Assembly: GCF_001194135.2 (NCBI RefSeq)
Contig: NC_068998.1
Coordinates: 19,752,207 to 19,797,280, forward strand
Direction of reading: 5' to 3'
DNA length: 45,074 bases
Origin: Octopus bimaculoides
Lineage: Eukaryota
The notes beneath the pieces were generated by a model, which ran no database searches, was not told where the DNA came from, and saw only the letters and a program-made list of their open reading frames with translations. The position numbers and the translations under genes are program-made. Of this stretch, positions 11,905 to 24,120 are shown piece by piece (the first letter of the stretch is position 1; every line of letters starts with the position of its first letter).

Positions 11905-12145
11905 TTTTAGGTACAGTCCCAGTACCTTGTGAGTGAATTTGGTAGATGGAAACTGTGAGGGAGCCCATGGCTTGTATGCATGTGTGTATGTGTGTTTTTC
12001 TGTTTTTGCCCCCCTCCCTCATTGCTTAACAACAAGTGGTTTAGTGATTCAGCAAATGAACAAGTACCAGACTCAAGTGCTGGGGTCAATTTCACTAACA
12101 ACCTCCCAAAGCAGTGCTCTAGCTGTGGTTCAATGACTGAAACAA
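11905..12145 (+). mobile_element. Degenerate partial SINE
   Basis: Diverged match to the SINE body (ccttgtgagtgaatttggtagatggaaactg...aatgactgaaacaa). Confidence 0.6.
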
Positions 12146-12586
12146 AGATTAGCTGTGTTATTCATAACACAGCTAATATTGTATTCCAAAGACTAGCCTT
12201 CCTCATCAGGAATTTTGGTAATACACTTTAGTTCTCACCCAGCTGTTGACTCTCCACAAAGTTCAAATAAAACATAGAATGTAATACTGTTGCCACATCT
12301 GGGACAATGCTATTGCTACACACAAACATCCTAAATTACTTTTAAAAGAAGGTCAATCCGTCTGGCTGACAAAGACTCTCTCACCAACACATTACTACTT
12401 CTGACTCATTGACACAAGCAATTTCTTCATTGTATCTCTTCTATCACTACTTCCTCCCTCAAACTTGCTGGCCTTGTGCTAAAATTTGAAACCAGCTTTC
12501 TCATAACATGAAGGGGAATGGGGTAAAGCATGATGTAAGGCTCTGATAGAGGATTTCATTGTTATTGATATAATTTAATCTAACCA

Positions 12587-12752
12587 AGGAGTGGCTGTGT
12601 GGTAAGTAGCTTGCTTACCAACCACACGGTCCTGGGTTCAGTCCCACTGCGTGGCATCTTGGGCAAGTGTCTTCTACTATAGCCTTGGGCCGACCAAAGC
12701 CTTGTGAGTGGATTTGGTAGACAGAAACTGAAAGAAGCCCGTCGTATATATG

Positions 12753-12795
<43 letters not shown>

Positions 12796-13004
12796 TTGCG
12801 TGTCTGTGTTTGTCCCCCTAGCATTGCTTGACAACCGATGCTGGTCTGTTTACGTCCCCGTAACTTAGCGGTTCGGCAAAAGAGACCAATAGAATAAGTA
12901 CTAGGCTTACAAAGAATAAGTCCTGGGGTCGATTTTCTCGACTAAAGGCGGTGCTCCAGCATGGCCGCAGTCAAATGACTGAAACAAGTAAAAGAGTAAA
13001 AGTA
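12587..13004 (+). mobile_element. Full-length, young tRNA-derived SINE
   Basis: A-box-like 12592-12602, B-box-like GGTTCAGTCCC 12635-12645; very similar to 23565-23982. Confidence 0.88.
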
Positions 13005-13089
13005 ATCACTTGACAATATCTCAATGTTGTCTCTTAATTACTCAGCCAACTGTCATATATTTTAGTTAGGTATTTATTGCTTGTTTGTT

Positions 13090-13342
13090 CATGTGATCAT
13101 GTGATCAACCAGGCTATCAGATGTTACACATCACTAGTCACAATGCGCTTTTTACATTGTTTTAGCCTTAAAATGGTACCACCCTGCTGGCTAGGTGAGC
13201 CGGCCAACAATCCCGGCTGATCGAAGGGGGACTGGAGCAATGTGAAATGAAGTACACAATGCGCCACCCAGTCAAGGAATTGAACCCACAATCTAGCGAT
13301 CATGAGTGCAACAGCCTAACCATTGGGCCATACACCTTCACA
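13090..13342 (-). mobile_element. Second SINE family with a tRNA-like head
   Basis: Minus strand reads TGGCCCAATGGTTAGG...GGGTTCAATTCC then cacattgctccagtc; a related copy lies at ~33340-33480. Confidence 0.65.
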
Positions 13343-13869
13343 TGTGTTTATCAGTTACAAAAATTGCATACTTTATGGAATAATTAGGTTATGATTGTGC
13401 ACAAATATACAATAACACCCAATACATTATTCATTAATTTGGGGTGGAAGTTTTTGGTTGAAAGAATCTATAACAAAATGTAAAATCTTAGTTCTGAGGA
13501 GTTCAAGTGAGTACAATATTTTCTTAAGATTGTCCTTCAGCTTTTGTTACATATATTTCGTATGTAATGAAATTTGAATCCAATAAGCACAAATAACAAA
13601 TAATCACTTCTTTGAAAAAACTAGTTTGGTGAAAATGTCTACTGCATTAAATATGTAGGCTGAGCTGGGGGTTTTTTTTTTTAAATTACGCAGTCACGGT
13701 AGTCTAACATGTCTTACTAGTTTGATGAGTATTTATTTTCTTTTTAAGCCTGGTACTTATTCTGTCAGTCTCTTTTGCTGAACTGCCAAGTTAAAAGGAC
13801 ATAAACACACCAACACCAGTTGTCAAAATGTGGTGTGAAACAGACTCAAAGACACACACACACACATAT

Positions 13870-14268
13870 ATTCTTTTATTTGTTTCAGTCATTTGACTGT
13901 GGCCATGTTGGAGCACCACCTTTAGTCAAACTAATCAACCCCAAGACTTATTCTTTGTAAGCCTAGTACTTACTCTATCGATCTCTTTTGCTGAACTGCT
14001 AAGTTACATGGACATAAACACACCAACATTGGTTGTCAAATGATGGCGGGGGGACAAACACAGATGCACAACATATACATACATATCTATCTATATATAT
14101 ATATATATACAATGGGCTTTTATCAGTTTCTGTCTACCAAATCCACTCTCAAGGCTTTGGTTGGCCTGAGGCTATAGTAGAAGACACTTGCTCAAGGTGC
14201 CACACAGTGAGACTGAACTGGGAACCATGTGGTTGGGAAGCAAGCTTCTTACCACACAGCCATGCCTA
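13870..14268 (-). mobile_element. Full-length tRNA-derived SINE, reverse orientation
   Basis: Reverse complement of the 12587-13004 family; additional 3' half at ~13740-13865. Confidence 0.82.
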
Positions 14269-14272
14269 TATA

Positions 14273-14783
14273 TATAATTGTCACTAAACGTGACCAGGGT
14301 GTTAAAAAACACCTACATTGCTAGGAATAAGAGCTAAAATGTTCTAATGCTGTAGTTAATGCACATGAAAGAAAACATATACACTAATAGAGACCATAAT
14401 TGTCTGAAAAATGCCGACTGAGAATTCCTAAGACTGACATCAGTTTCGGTAATTTCCGTTGCCTCTTCAGTTAAGCCAGCTCAGTGTTCGGCTTTTTCTG
14501 GACCTGTTTCTCCATTAGTATATATGTTTTTGTCATCCAAATTAATGGATGATTTAGCAATTTGCTAATATGTATACACAAAATTAATATAAACAGACGG
14601 AAATTGCCAAAACTGATGTCAGTGTTAAGAATTCTCAGTCAGCATTTTTTGGACAATTATGGTCCGTGTTAGTGTATATGTTTTCATTCAAGTGTGTTAA
14701 CTACAATATTAGAGCATTTTAGCTCTTATTTCTAGCAATATAGGTGCTTTTAAACACCCTAATCACATTTAGTGACAATTATA
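14273..14783. mobile_element. Fold-back element/MITE with ~185-bp inverted arms
   Basis: 14273-14459 (tataattgtcactaaacgtga...ggtaatttccgt) is the reverse complement of 14597-14783 (acggaaattgcc...tttagtgacaattata). Confidence 0.85.
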
Positions 14784-15115
14784 ATTCTCCTTTTTGGTGA
14801 AACATTGCAACCTGCTGTTTATATTGATTTTGTGAACTTATGTTCAGAATGTTTCAAATGCTATGACATTAATTAATAATAATAATTAAAAAAAAGAGTG
14901 AAGCATGTATTTGACAAAGTATCTTAAGATTTACTCCTTTTGCCACAAGATGATGTGTAAAAGAAAAATATCAAGGTGTGGTGGTGGTGGTGGTGAAAAG
15001 TTGAGTTGTTGATGTCCTGGTTGAGCAGACAATATGAATAACGACATGCTAGCTGGGACCATCTATTCTCTTTTGTAAGTCAGCGAGTACATCGTCCCAT
15101 GTGCCCTTCTATTAA

Positions 15116-15329
15116 CCCTTTAACATTCAGATTACTCTGTCAAATGTAATACTTATTTATTCACATTGTTTTGAATTAATTGTGCATTATCTCATAGTTT
15201 TGAGATTTCAGTGGTATAATTTTTAGAATGACATTGTTGGGTAGGTGTGAGAGGCTGGATCTGGCTGGTTTGATCACACAATAAAGTAGAATATTTGAGC
15301 TGGATATGGCCAGTTTAAATGCTAATGGG
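15116..15329. mobile_element. TTAA-flanked piggyBac-like MITE
   Basis: TTAA|CCCTTTAACATT ... AATGCTAATGGG|TTAA; same family as 24370-24590 and 41767-42001. Confidence 0.8.
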
Positions 15330-15539
15330 TTAAGATGGTAATCTATGATTTGATGGAAGTTTAGTAGATGTTTCTAGCAGATCAATTAATCATGTAAAAG
15401 GTGTTTTAAGTTATATACCAGAAAACTGATGATGAAGACAACTGTTACTAATGTGATTACACTTTCAAGTAATTTAATTGATATCTGGGATTTCTAGTGA
15501 AATTAGTTTTGGTGACAACATGTGTTCAACTCATTTAGA

Positions 15540-16017
15540 GGCACATTTGTAAACTAGTAACTGAAGCATAGTGATGAGTGAATATTATGCCTATTGAGTC
15601 AAATGACCAGCTTTTGAATTTAGTCTATATTTGGGTGAGTAGTAGTAATTTCATCTGAGACAGGTGAAATTTCATTGAGCTAAATAAAGATCTCCTCTTG
15701 ACTTGATAATAATTCTACTAAAAATCTGAATTGATTACGACACCTGACAGCTTGTTTTTATTAGGTATATATTTCTCCATCAGCCATTTGAATATTTTTT
15801 CCTCTTTCCAGGGTTTCTGTTGAGCCAAATAAACAGGAAAGTTTTTGTCGGCTTTCTATGCAGCCCAAGTAGGACAACATTGAAATGCTGTTCACCTGTC
15901 ACAGATGAAATTACTACTACACACCCAAATATAGACTAGATCCTAAAGTTGGTTATTTGACTCAATAGGCATAATATTCACTCATCACCATGCTTCAGTT
16001 ACTAGTTTACAAATGCC
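15540..16017. mobile_element. Fold-back element/MITE with ~130-bp inverted arms
   Basis: 15543-15670 (catttgtaaactagtaactgaagcat...catctgagacaggtgaa) is the reverse complement of 15885-16014. Confidence 0.85.
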
Positions 16018-16644
16018 ATATTTTTTCTGATTGCTCTTAGCATCTCTAACCAGACCAGTTCAATATACTTACTTTTTTCTTGTTATCTCTACTATAATCT
16101 CTAGTTATCTCTACTGTAACCAACATAACTTCTCACATTTTTTCCCCAGGCTCTGGAATCATATTACCTACTCAAAGGTGAGTGTGAGGAGGCAGTAATC
16201 ACCCCAGATGCAGGTGTTAAAGGGTATAAGAATTTTCTCTGGTTTATCATGCCTGCTATTTAAGGCTGCCAAAAATTCCTTTGTTCAAGGTACAGAGAGC
16301 CCTTGCTGCTGTTCCCACTTATAGTTTTCCTGCAGATGCTGGTATAAAGATGTTCAACTTCAAATGTACCTGTCTAGGAGCAACTAATTAACTGATAAAA
16401 AGAATTAAAATTCAGGTATGAAAAATATAAAACATAAAAAAATATAAAGCCTAATAATTACTGAAGGAAGAACTGGAGGGAGTTAACAGGAATATGTCTC
16501 ATTAACGCTTTTGTCACACACAGTGTTTTGGTATGTGTATCCTAAAAGAGCAAAGTTTTTTCTGTGATTGAAATTGATGCATGTAGAAAACAAAGGATAA
16601 AGTGCATAAAACTACTTTATTAATATGTAAAATTATATATAAAA

Positions 16645-16832
16645 TTATATAAAAGCACCCACTACACTCTCTGAGTGGTTGGCATTAGGAAGGGCATCCA
16701 GCTGTAGAAACTCTGCCAAATTAGATTGGAGCCTGGTGTTGCCATCCGGTTTCACCAGTCCTCAGTCAAATCGTCCAACCCATGCTAGCATGGAAAGCGG
16801 ACGTTAAACGATGATGATGATGATGATGATGA
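16645..16832 (+). mobile_element. RTE-type 3' end terminating in (GAT)n
   Basis: aaaagcacccactacactctctgagtggttggcattagg...gcggacgttaaacgatgatgat. Other copies at ~25390-25620 (+), 25665-25790 (-), 29607-29800 (-), 34940-35103 (+) and 42470-42745 (+). Confidence 0.8.
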
Positions 16833-17589
16833 TATATATTATATAGTTTTATATCATATCTATTGCAAGATGATCTCTGATTGGCTATTACACTTCAAAA
16901 TGTTTGTTTCATCAGGCTAATGGATTGGCTTCAAAGTCCTTTCAGCTTGTATCATTTGGGCCAATCAATCAGCCCGGGTGTTGCAAGAGAATTAATTAGC
17001 ATTAATTAGTTGTTGTTTAACTCCTGATCAAATTGTGACTATCCTGTCTTTTTGTGACTATCAAAGATTTACATAATTAGTCAATCAATTTTTGTTTAAA
17101 ATGATAAGGTGTGACCTGAAAATTCTAGTTCAAGTGAATATAAAAATGCTCTGTCATTGGCTTGCATTCATTACTTCTTTATGACCTTTGTTGCTGGCTA
17201 ATTCAGTATAAAGCAAAACCTGAACAATTCGTTACATGATCAAGAATGTAGTTTGGTGTTAGTTTGGCAAGGGATGGAAGGATCTTTTTAATGTTGTACT
17301 ATGACTGCCAGCCACACAGTACAAAGAAAGACTGAGTTAGGAATTTTAAAAAATTTTAAGTTAAATAAAAGAAATTATCCAATTACTTTTTTTATTGATA
17401 TAAAATTATGCCTACCTACCTACCTACATTATTCATACATACATCTCTCTCTCTCTCTCCCTTTCTCTCCATCCATCCATCAGACCCTCCAACCATCTGT
17501 CTGTCCAGCCATCCATTGTCATTGCTGTTGTCATTGTTGTTGTCATCGTCATCATCATCATCATCATCATCATCTAATATCAAAAAGTC

Positions 17590-18080
17590 AATGCTACTGT
17601 CTGCACAGAGATGTTGGAGAAGTTGTGAGGCCTTGGATAGACAGAATGTGCCAACGGAAGACAGCATATCTTCCAACAAGGTCTCATTAGGCTAGGACAA
17701 TCCAAGCATGGATGTGTGCCAATCTCCATGATCTTGTTCCCTCAGATGCATGGACTCCTAGATCATCCAACTGCAGTCCACTGAATTATTATGTAAGGGA
17801 CATAGTCAAATGAAAGGTCAATCACCACCCCCACTCAATCTCCCAAGTTAGCCACAACTAGAACTATATCAAAAATTGATCTGATTTGGGCATGTCACTG
17901 CTTCTGACCCTGTACTGAAGCAGTCATTGATGCTAACAGTAGATTCATTGAATAGGTGTGATAAAAAGGATTCTCTAGATTATTTGTACTAATTTGTTTT
18001 CAAATACACCTTTTCTTTGATGAGCTATGCATCTTTTTTCTAAATTCATACAAATGACCTCAAAAACTGGATGTACCCTG
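17590..18080 (+). mobile_element. 3' remnant of a Tc1/mariner-superfamily transposon
   Basis: VVRPWIDR, ANGRQHIFQQ, WTPRSSNCSPLNYYVRDIV, ACHCF*PCTEAVIDANSRFIE*; TIR-like end ATGTACCCTG|TA at 18080. Confidence 0.75.
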
Positions 18081-18089
18081 TATGTGTCA

Positions 18090-18124
<35 letters not shown>

Positions 18125-18254
18125 TATGTGTCATATCAACACAAATGTGCTTCTCTGACTTTGTTTCCTTATAACTTTCAGAAAACTTGACCATTGGTAT
18201 TGGTTTGATTACATTCCTGTTACTTAGCGGTTCGGCAAAAGACACAAATACCAG

Positions 18255-18680
18255 ACTTCATCATCATCATCATCATCATCGTTTAACGTCCGCTTTCCAT
18301 GCTAGCATGGGTTGGACGATTTGACTGAGGACTGGTGAACCAGATGGCTACACCAGGCTCCAATCTGATTTGGCAGAGTTTCTACAGCTGGATGCACTTC
18401 CTAACGCCAACCACTCCAAGAGTGTAGTGGGTGCTTTTACGTGCCACCGGCACGAAGGCCAGTCAGGCGGTACTGGCAACGGCCACGCTCGAAATGGTGT
18501 ATTTTACGTGCCACCTGCACAGGAGCCAGTCCAGCGGCACTGGCAACGATCTCGCTCAAATGTCTTTACACGTGCCAGGAAGGCGACGCTGGGCACAGGT
18601 GCCATCACGATTTCGTTTTCGCTTGCCCCAACAGGTCTTCGCAAGCCAGGTTTTGTGTCCAATGAAGGAGACGACGTTGA
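18255..18680 (-). mobile_element. Young RTE-type 3' fragment with (GAT)n tail and internal tandem repeats
   Basis: (CAT)n followed by cgtttaacgtccgctttccat; 18430-18680 nearly matches 26815-27055. Confidence 0.75.
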
Positions 18681-18794
18681 AGGAAGGACTTATTTTGAAA
18701 ATTATGTACTGGGATTGATTTGCTCCATTAAAACTCTTCCCAGCAGTGTTCCAGTATGGTTGCAGTCTGATAACTGAAACCATTTAAATATAGA

Positions 18795-19056
18795 TCTGGC
18801 TGTGTGGTAAGAAGTTTGCTTCCCAACCTCATAACTTTCTCCAACAACTCTGTGCACACAGAGGCATTGATTCTTAAGCCCTATGAAAAAAAGTGACGAG
18901 GCATAACGTCTCCCTCGTTGCTGATGACTCCCATTGCAGTGCATCTTGGGCAAATGTCTTCTACTATAGTCTCGGGCCGACCAAAGTCTTGTGAGTGGAT
19001 TTGGTAGATGGAAACTGAAAGAAGCCCGTGATATATATATATATGTATATATACAT

Positions 19057-19087
<31 letters not shown>

Positions 19088-19590
19088 ATACAAATGATAT
19101 ATGAGCATATGCATGTATACATACATATATGTACATACCTACATCTACATGTATATATATAGATGCATATCAGGGTACAGGACGTCAGAAAAGGAACGGG
19201 AACATAAAGCACAAAAACGGACTTTTTTTTACAGACAACAGAATGAACACATAGGAAAACGGACGAGCCACTTATGGAACTATTCCTTTATCAGCTGCCT
19301 CTATTCTAAACTAGGCGTTTATATGTGTGTGTGTGTGCAGGCGTGTTTGTGTGTATGTATATATGTGTGTGTGTGTGTGCTTTTGCGTCTGTGCTTGTCC
19401 CCCATCACAGCTTGACATCTAGTTTTCGTGTGCTTACGTTCCTGTATCTGAACGGATCGGCAAAAGAGAACGATCGAATAGATACCAGGCTTGAAAAACA
19501 AGTAAGTACTGGGGTCGATTCGTTCGACTAAGATTCTTCGAGGCTGTGCTAGGGCATTGCCACAGTCAAACGACTGAAATAAGTAAAAGG
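18795..19590 (+). mobile_element. SINE 5' half (18795-19035) and 3' half (~19380-19590) separated by microsatellites and extra sequence
   Basis: Family head and body motifs on both sides of (TA)/(CA)/(TG) tracts. Confidence 0.6.
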
Positions 19591-19599
19591 AGAAAACAA

Positions 19600-19780
19600 A
19601 AAAAAAACTCATGTCTCCTCCTCCTACTTCGCCTTTGCAAGCAAATCAAGCGAGACGCTGCACGAAGATAAAAACAAAATTCTGTCTCTGAACGCCCCGA
19701 AGGCTGAAACTAGTTTTTAGTTGTGTAACACCAAATTCAAGTATAACATTTAATCATTAACCAAATATCGTAAGGTAAAC
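19600..19780 (+). promoter_or_regulatory. Candidate promoter and non-coding first exon of copy 2
   Basis: Non-repeat sequence that locally retains CpG, with donor-like AAG|GTAAAC at 19774/19775. The first coding exon begins at an acceptor (21947), so an upstream exon is required. Confidence 0.3.
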
Positions 19781-20526
19781 GCGTCTAATTTTTTATTTTT
19801 TCACATTTCTAAATGTTTACTTTTTACATACCTTTTCATTTATGTATTACGCTTTTTTTGTTTTATCCAAGTTATTTGCGATTTTTCATGTTACACACAC
19901 ACACCCTCGTCTACAGTCATCTGGCTACTTTTATTTCTTTAACGACTCCAAGAAAAACATCGAGCAATGGCAGAGAAAGCTAATATAGTAAACGTTATCC
20001 CAGCTTATACACAAAATACGATGTAGTCTCCGTATATATAGAAAGAGTTGGGTACCCCGAGTGGTATTAAAATTCAAATGCGAGGAGCAAGATTCAATGA
20101 GAGACGGGAAGAACCCGAACTGGCCGAAGTCAATTTTGCCTTACATCTTTTCTTCGGGATATAAAAGTACCAGTCGATTATTGTGGTCGACTGACCACTA
20201 ACCTCAGAATTGTTGGCCTAAATCAGAAATTTATTTAATATCTATTTCAATCCATCAGTATGGCAGTCCAATACGGCAACGCCACCAGTTATTATGATTA
20301 ATGGATTTTCCATCTTAATCATTTGTGTTTTATTTTCTGCTCTACCCCCATCCTCATACACACACACACAATTGCTTGTATGTAATTGTATTTGGGTTCT
20401 GTTGTAGAATAAGCAGCCCAATAACGAAACTTTGGGTTTGCTAGTTTTCATTTATTTGTTTGTTTTGTGGAATCGTAATTTACTTCGTTTAAAATAGAGT
20501 TCAGAAACAATTTGTGTGTGTGTGCG

Positions 20527-20582
<56 letters not shown>

Positions 20583-20944
20583 TTGGCATACCTACACAAA
20601 TGTGTCCCCACCACCGATTTTGTTTCCTCACAACTTTCAGAAAAATTAATATTTTTTAAAATATTTTCTATAAATGCCTTTCAGGTAGTGTAGATTACAA
20701 TNNNNNNNNNNNNNNNNNNNNNNNNNNNNNNNNNNNNNNNNNNNNNNNNNNNNNNNNNNNNNNNNNNNNNNNNNNNNNNNNNNNNNNNNNNNNNNNNNNN
20801 NNNNNNNNNNNNNNNNNNNNNNNTTGAAGTGACATGTGTAGTACACCAGTCCCTGCCAAAAAGCATTGAAGCCTTGAGGCTCCACCATTAGCTACAATGA
20901 TATGCTAAAAATTCATCATAGTGTCCTCTGGGTACAAGTCCATA

Positions 20945-21285
20945 GGCACAGGTGTGGCTGTGTGGTAAGAAGATTGCTTTCCAACCACATGGTCCTGGGT
21001 TCAGTCCCACTGCATGGAACCTTGGCAAGTGTCTTCTACTATAGCCTCAGGACCAAAGCCTTGTGAGTAGATTTGATTGACAGAAACTGAAACAAGTCTG
21101 TCATATGTGTGTGTGTGTGTTTGTGTCCCCATAACTTAGTAGCTTGGCAAAAGAGACCCAATAGAGTAATTATCAGGTTTAAAAATAAGAACTGGGTTGA
21201 GTCAGTTCATTTGATTAAAAATTCTTTGAGGTAGTGCCCCAGTATGGCCACAGTCTAATGACTGAAACAAGTAAAAGATAAAAGA
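20945..21285 (+). mobile_element. tRNA-derived SINE, internally deleted
   Basis: TGGCTGTGTGG...GGGTTCAGTCCC head and GAAACAAGTAAAAGA end. Confidence 0.75.
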
Positions 21286-21419
21286 TTAGTGGATGCATAC
21301 ACATGCCTCTTGATGCACATTACATTTGCATCAACAAAATGAAACTTGAAATTTTGAAAAAATTGTGATGTGTATCAGGTTGTATATGTGCAGATCCACT
21401 TCTTTTTTTTTTTTTACAT

Positions 21420-21670
21420 TAAATTCTGATATAATTATAATCTACACCGTCCATCTAAAATGCATTTGCAGAAAATTTCATTAATAATATCCATTTTTCT
21501 GAAAGTTATAAGGAAATAAAGTTGACTCTTGTGAATTTTCTGAAACTCCACCCACGCTGAAAAATTTTTTGCAACAAATTCTGATATAATCACAATCTAC
21601 ACCATCTGAAGAACATTTGTATAAAATTTTATAAATGAGATATACATTTTCTGGAAAGTTTTGCAGACAC
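21420..21670. repeat. Imperfect ~90-bp direct repeat pair of a dispersed family
   Basis: aaattctgatataat(t/c)a(t/c)aatctacacc occurs at ~21421 and ~21577; related reverse-oriented fragments at ~18140-18185 and ~20595-20650. Confidence 0.55.
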
Positions 21671-21982
21671 AAAGTTGAATGGGTGGCATGCTGAAAAGTT
21701 ATAGCCAATAGTAACAAAAACGAAAAAGTTGAAATTTGAAAGAACGGAATTCTTTTAAAAGAATTATAATCTCTGATGTTTAAAATAAACAAATATGATG
21801 GAATTTTAGAAAAGAAAAAGTTACTGGTTGGGTACTTTTTTGCAAAACATCACCATTAATTTTTTTATTTAATTTTAATATTCAATACTAAAGTTTTTCA
21901 TTTCACAATTCCTCTTTTGTTATTTAATATTACAACATTTCTTTAGATCAGCGAAGTGTCGTTTGATTTACCTCCAGTAAAA

Positions 21983-22074
21983 ATGTCAGAAAATAGAAGC
22001 TCAAGCTCAACAATTGACGACACAGAAAAATCTTCTGTGTCACAGAAACACCTTCGTGTGGAAATTGAATACTG
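21983..22074 (+). CDS. Copy 2 first coding exon: MSENRSSSSTIDDTEKSSVSQKHLRVEIEY(C)
   Basis: Acceptor tttctttag before 21947, ATG at 21983, donor TG|gtgagt. LRVEIEYC matches the Rdx beta-1 strand (MIEN1 VRIVVEYC). Confidence 0.87.
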
Positions 22075-22116
22075 GTGAGTATGGTCATATATTTCTTTAA
22101 AAAATAATACTGACAG

Positions 22117-22290
22117 ATGTGGTTGTGTGGTAAGAAGTTTGCTTCTTACTCACTTGGTCTTGGGTTTAGTCCCACTGTGTGGAACCCAGGGCAAGTGCTT
22201 TCTATAGCTCCAGGTCAGCTGAAATCTTGTGAATGAATTTAATTGACAAAAACTGAAAGAAGCCTATCATATACATATGTTTGTGTGTGT
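22117..22290 (+). mobile_element. Degenerate SINE 5' half
   Basis: tggttgtgtggtaagaag...gggtttagtcccactg. Confidence 0.6.
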
Positions 22291-22329
22291 GTCTTTGTAT
22301 TTATTATCAACATGAAATTGGTGAAGAAA

Positions 22330-22940
22330 TTTCAGGTATGAAAGCAAGGTCTAAATTCAAAAGGTTTTAGAGTTAATTTGGCAAAGACCAAAGTCTTAGT
22401 AAGTAGAAAAACAGACAAATCACAAATCCTTTCAGAGAGAAAAGGTGTGGGTAAAAACTCCATAAGGTGTACCTGGTGTAAGCTATGGACACATAAGAGG
22501 AAAGTTAACAGAGAAAATAGTCTTTGCGTGTGGCAAATGTGCAGGTACAATAACACTTGGAATGTACAGAAAATAGACTTCATCAAATGCTTGGAGAGAT
22601 ACTTAGAAGTAGTAGATAGCTTCTGTTACCTAGGTTACTTAGTCAGCAGTGGAAGAAGATGCTCTAAGAATATAGCTACTAGAATGTGAATGGGCTGGGC
22701 AAAGTTCAGAGAGCTACTTTTCTTGGTAACAAAGAGTTTCTCTCTCCGAGTGAAAAGCAGAATGTATGATACCTGTGTGCAAACAGCCATGTTCCAGAGG
22801 ACCTGCAAAGGCTTGAAATAAATGAAGCTAGCATGCTCTACTGGATGTGCGATGTGTGTATGTATGACAGAGTATAAGTGTTTTAGGAGAAAAATTGGGT
22901 ATCAGAGGCATGAGATGTAGTGTGCAAGAGAGAAGACTGT
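22330..22940 (+). mobile_element. RTE LINE fragment
   Basis: NLAKTKVLVSRK, CTWCKLWTHKR, DSFCYLGYLV; same family as 3830-5325. Confidence 0.8.
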
Positions 22941-23564
22941 GCTGGTATGGTAAATGAGCTACTTACCACACAGCCACTCCTGCGCCCATTTAGTAAATTA
23001 ATTAATATTGGTTTCAAATTTTGGCACAAGGCCTGCAATTTTGGGGGAGAGGGTAAGTCAATTATATCAACCCTAGTGCTCAACTGGTACTTATTTTATT
23101 AACCGTGAAAGGATGAAAGGCTAAGTCAATCCTTGTGGTATTTGAAATGAGAATGTAAAGTAGGAAGAAATGCCGCTAAGCAGTAAGAAGACAGGCTGCT
23201 GGGCATTTTTCTGTGTAGTAACAATTCTGTTAGCTTGCTGCCTTAGAAAATTAATTAATACTAGTGGGACCTGTGAATATTTCACGGAATTAATAGTAAA
23301 TCTATTGGGTTATTTGTGAGAACTTTATCCAAGAAACCTGGAAGTGTAGCTTATGTTGTGACTGTATGGAAAGATAGTCACTCATCCGCTACTCATTGAA
23401 AAGTGGGAGAAATTGGAATACGATGATTACTTAATGTACTTTATATGTACACTTTACATACTTTATGTACAATTTTATAGACTTAATATAAAGCACTCAT
23501 AAAATAGATATTCACTCTTATTTTTCCCTTTTACGCATAAGCAAAAAAAAAAAAAGATTCCCAT

Positions 23565-23732
23565 AGGAGTGGCTGTGTGGTAAGTAGCTGGCTTACCAAC
23601 CACATGGCCCCAGGTTCAATCCCACTGCATGGCATCTTGGGAAAGTGTCTTCTACTATAGCTTCGGGCCGACCAAAGTCTTGTGAGTGGATTTGGTAGAC
23701 GGAAACTGAAAGAAGCCTGTTGTATATATGTG

Positions 23733-23783
<51 letters not shown>

Positions 23784-23982
23784 CTGTGTTTGTCCCCCCC
23801 ACCATCCCTTGACAACCGATGGTGGTGTGTTTACGTCCCCGTAACTTAGCGCTTCGGCAAGAGGGACCAATAGAATAAGTACTAGGCTTCCAAAGAATAA
23901 GTCCTGGGGTCGATTTGCTCAACTAAAGGCGGTGCTCCAGCATGGCTGCAGTCAAATGACTGAAACAAGTAAAAGAGAAAGA
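23565..23982 (+). mobile_element. Full-length, young tRNA-derived SINE with internal (TG)n
   Basis: A- and B-box-like motifs; near-match to 12587-13004. Confidence 0.88.
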
Positions 23983-24120
23983 ATATGCATATGATGCAAC
24001 CTTTAGTTAAATTGCATATAATCTGCCACATGAATATTTTTATTCCTATCTTTTCTAGCTATATTCTTTACTAGCCTGTTACAGTTATTCTAAGACAGTG
24101 TATTTGATTTTGTCTTTTAG

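Noticed and set aside
12587-12660. tRNA gene
   Set aside because: A- and B-box-like motifs belong to a multicopy SINE head; no complete cloverleaf.
17301-17695. Cys/His-rich ORF (HCHCCCHCCCHRHHHH) as a metal-binding protein
   Set aside because: Produced by (CAT)n/(TGT)n simple repeats fused to a transposase remnant.
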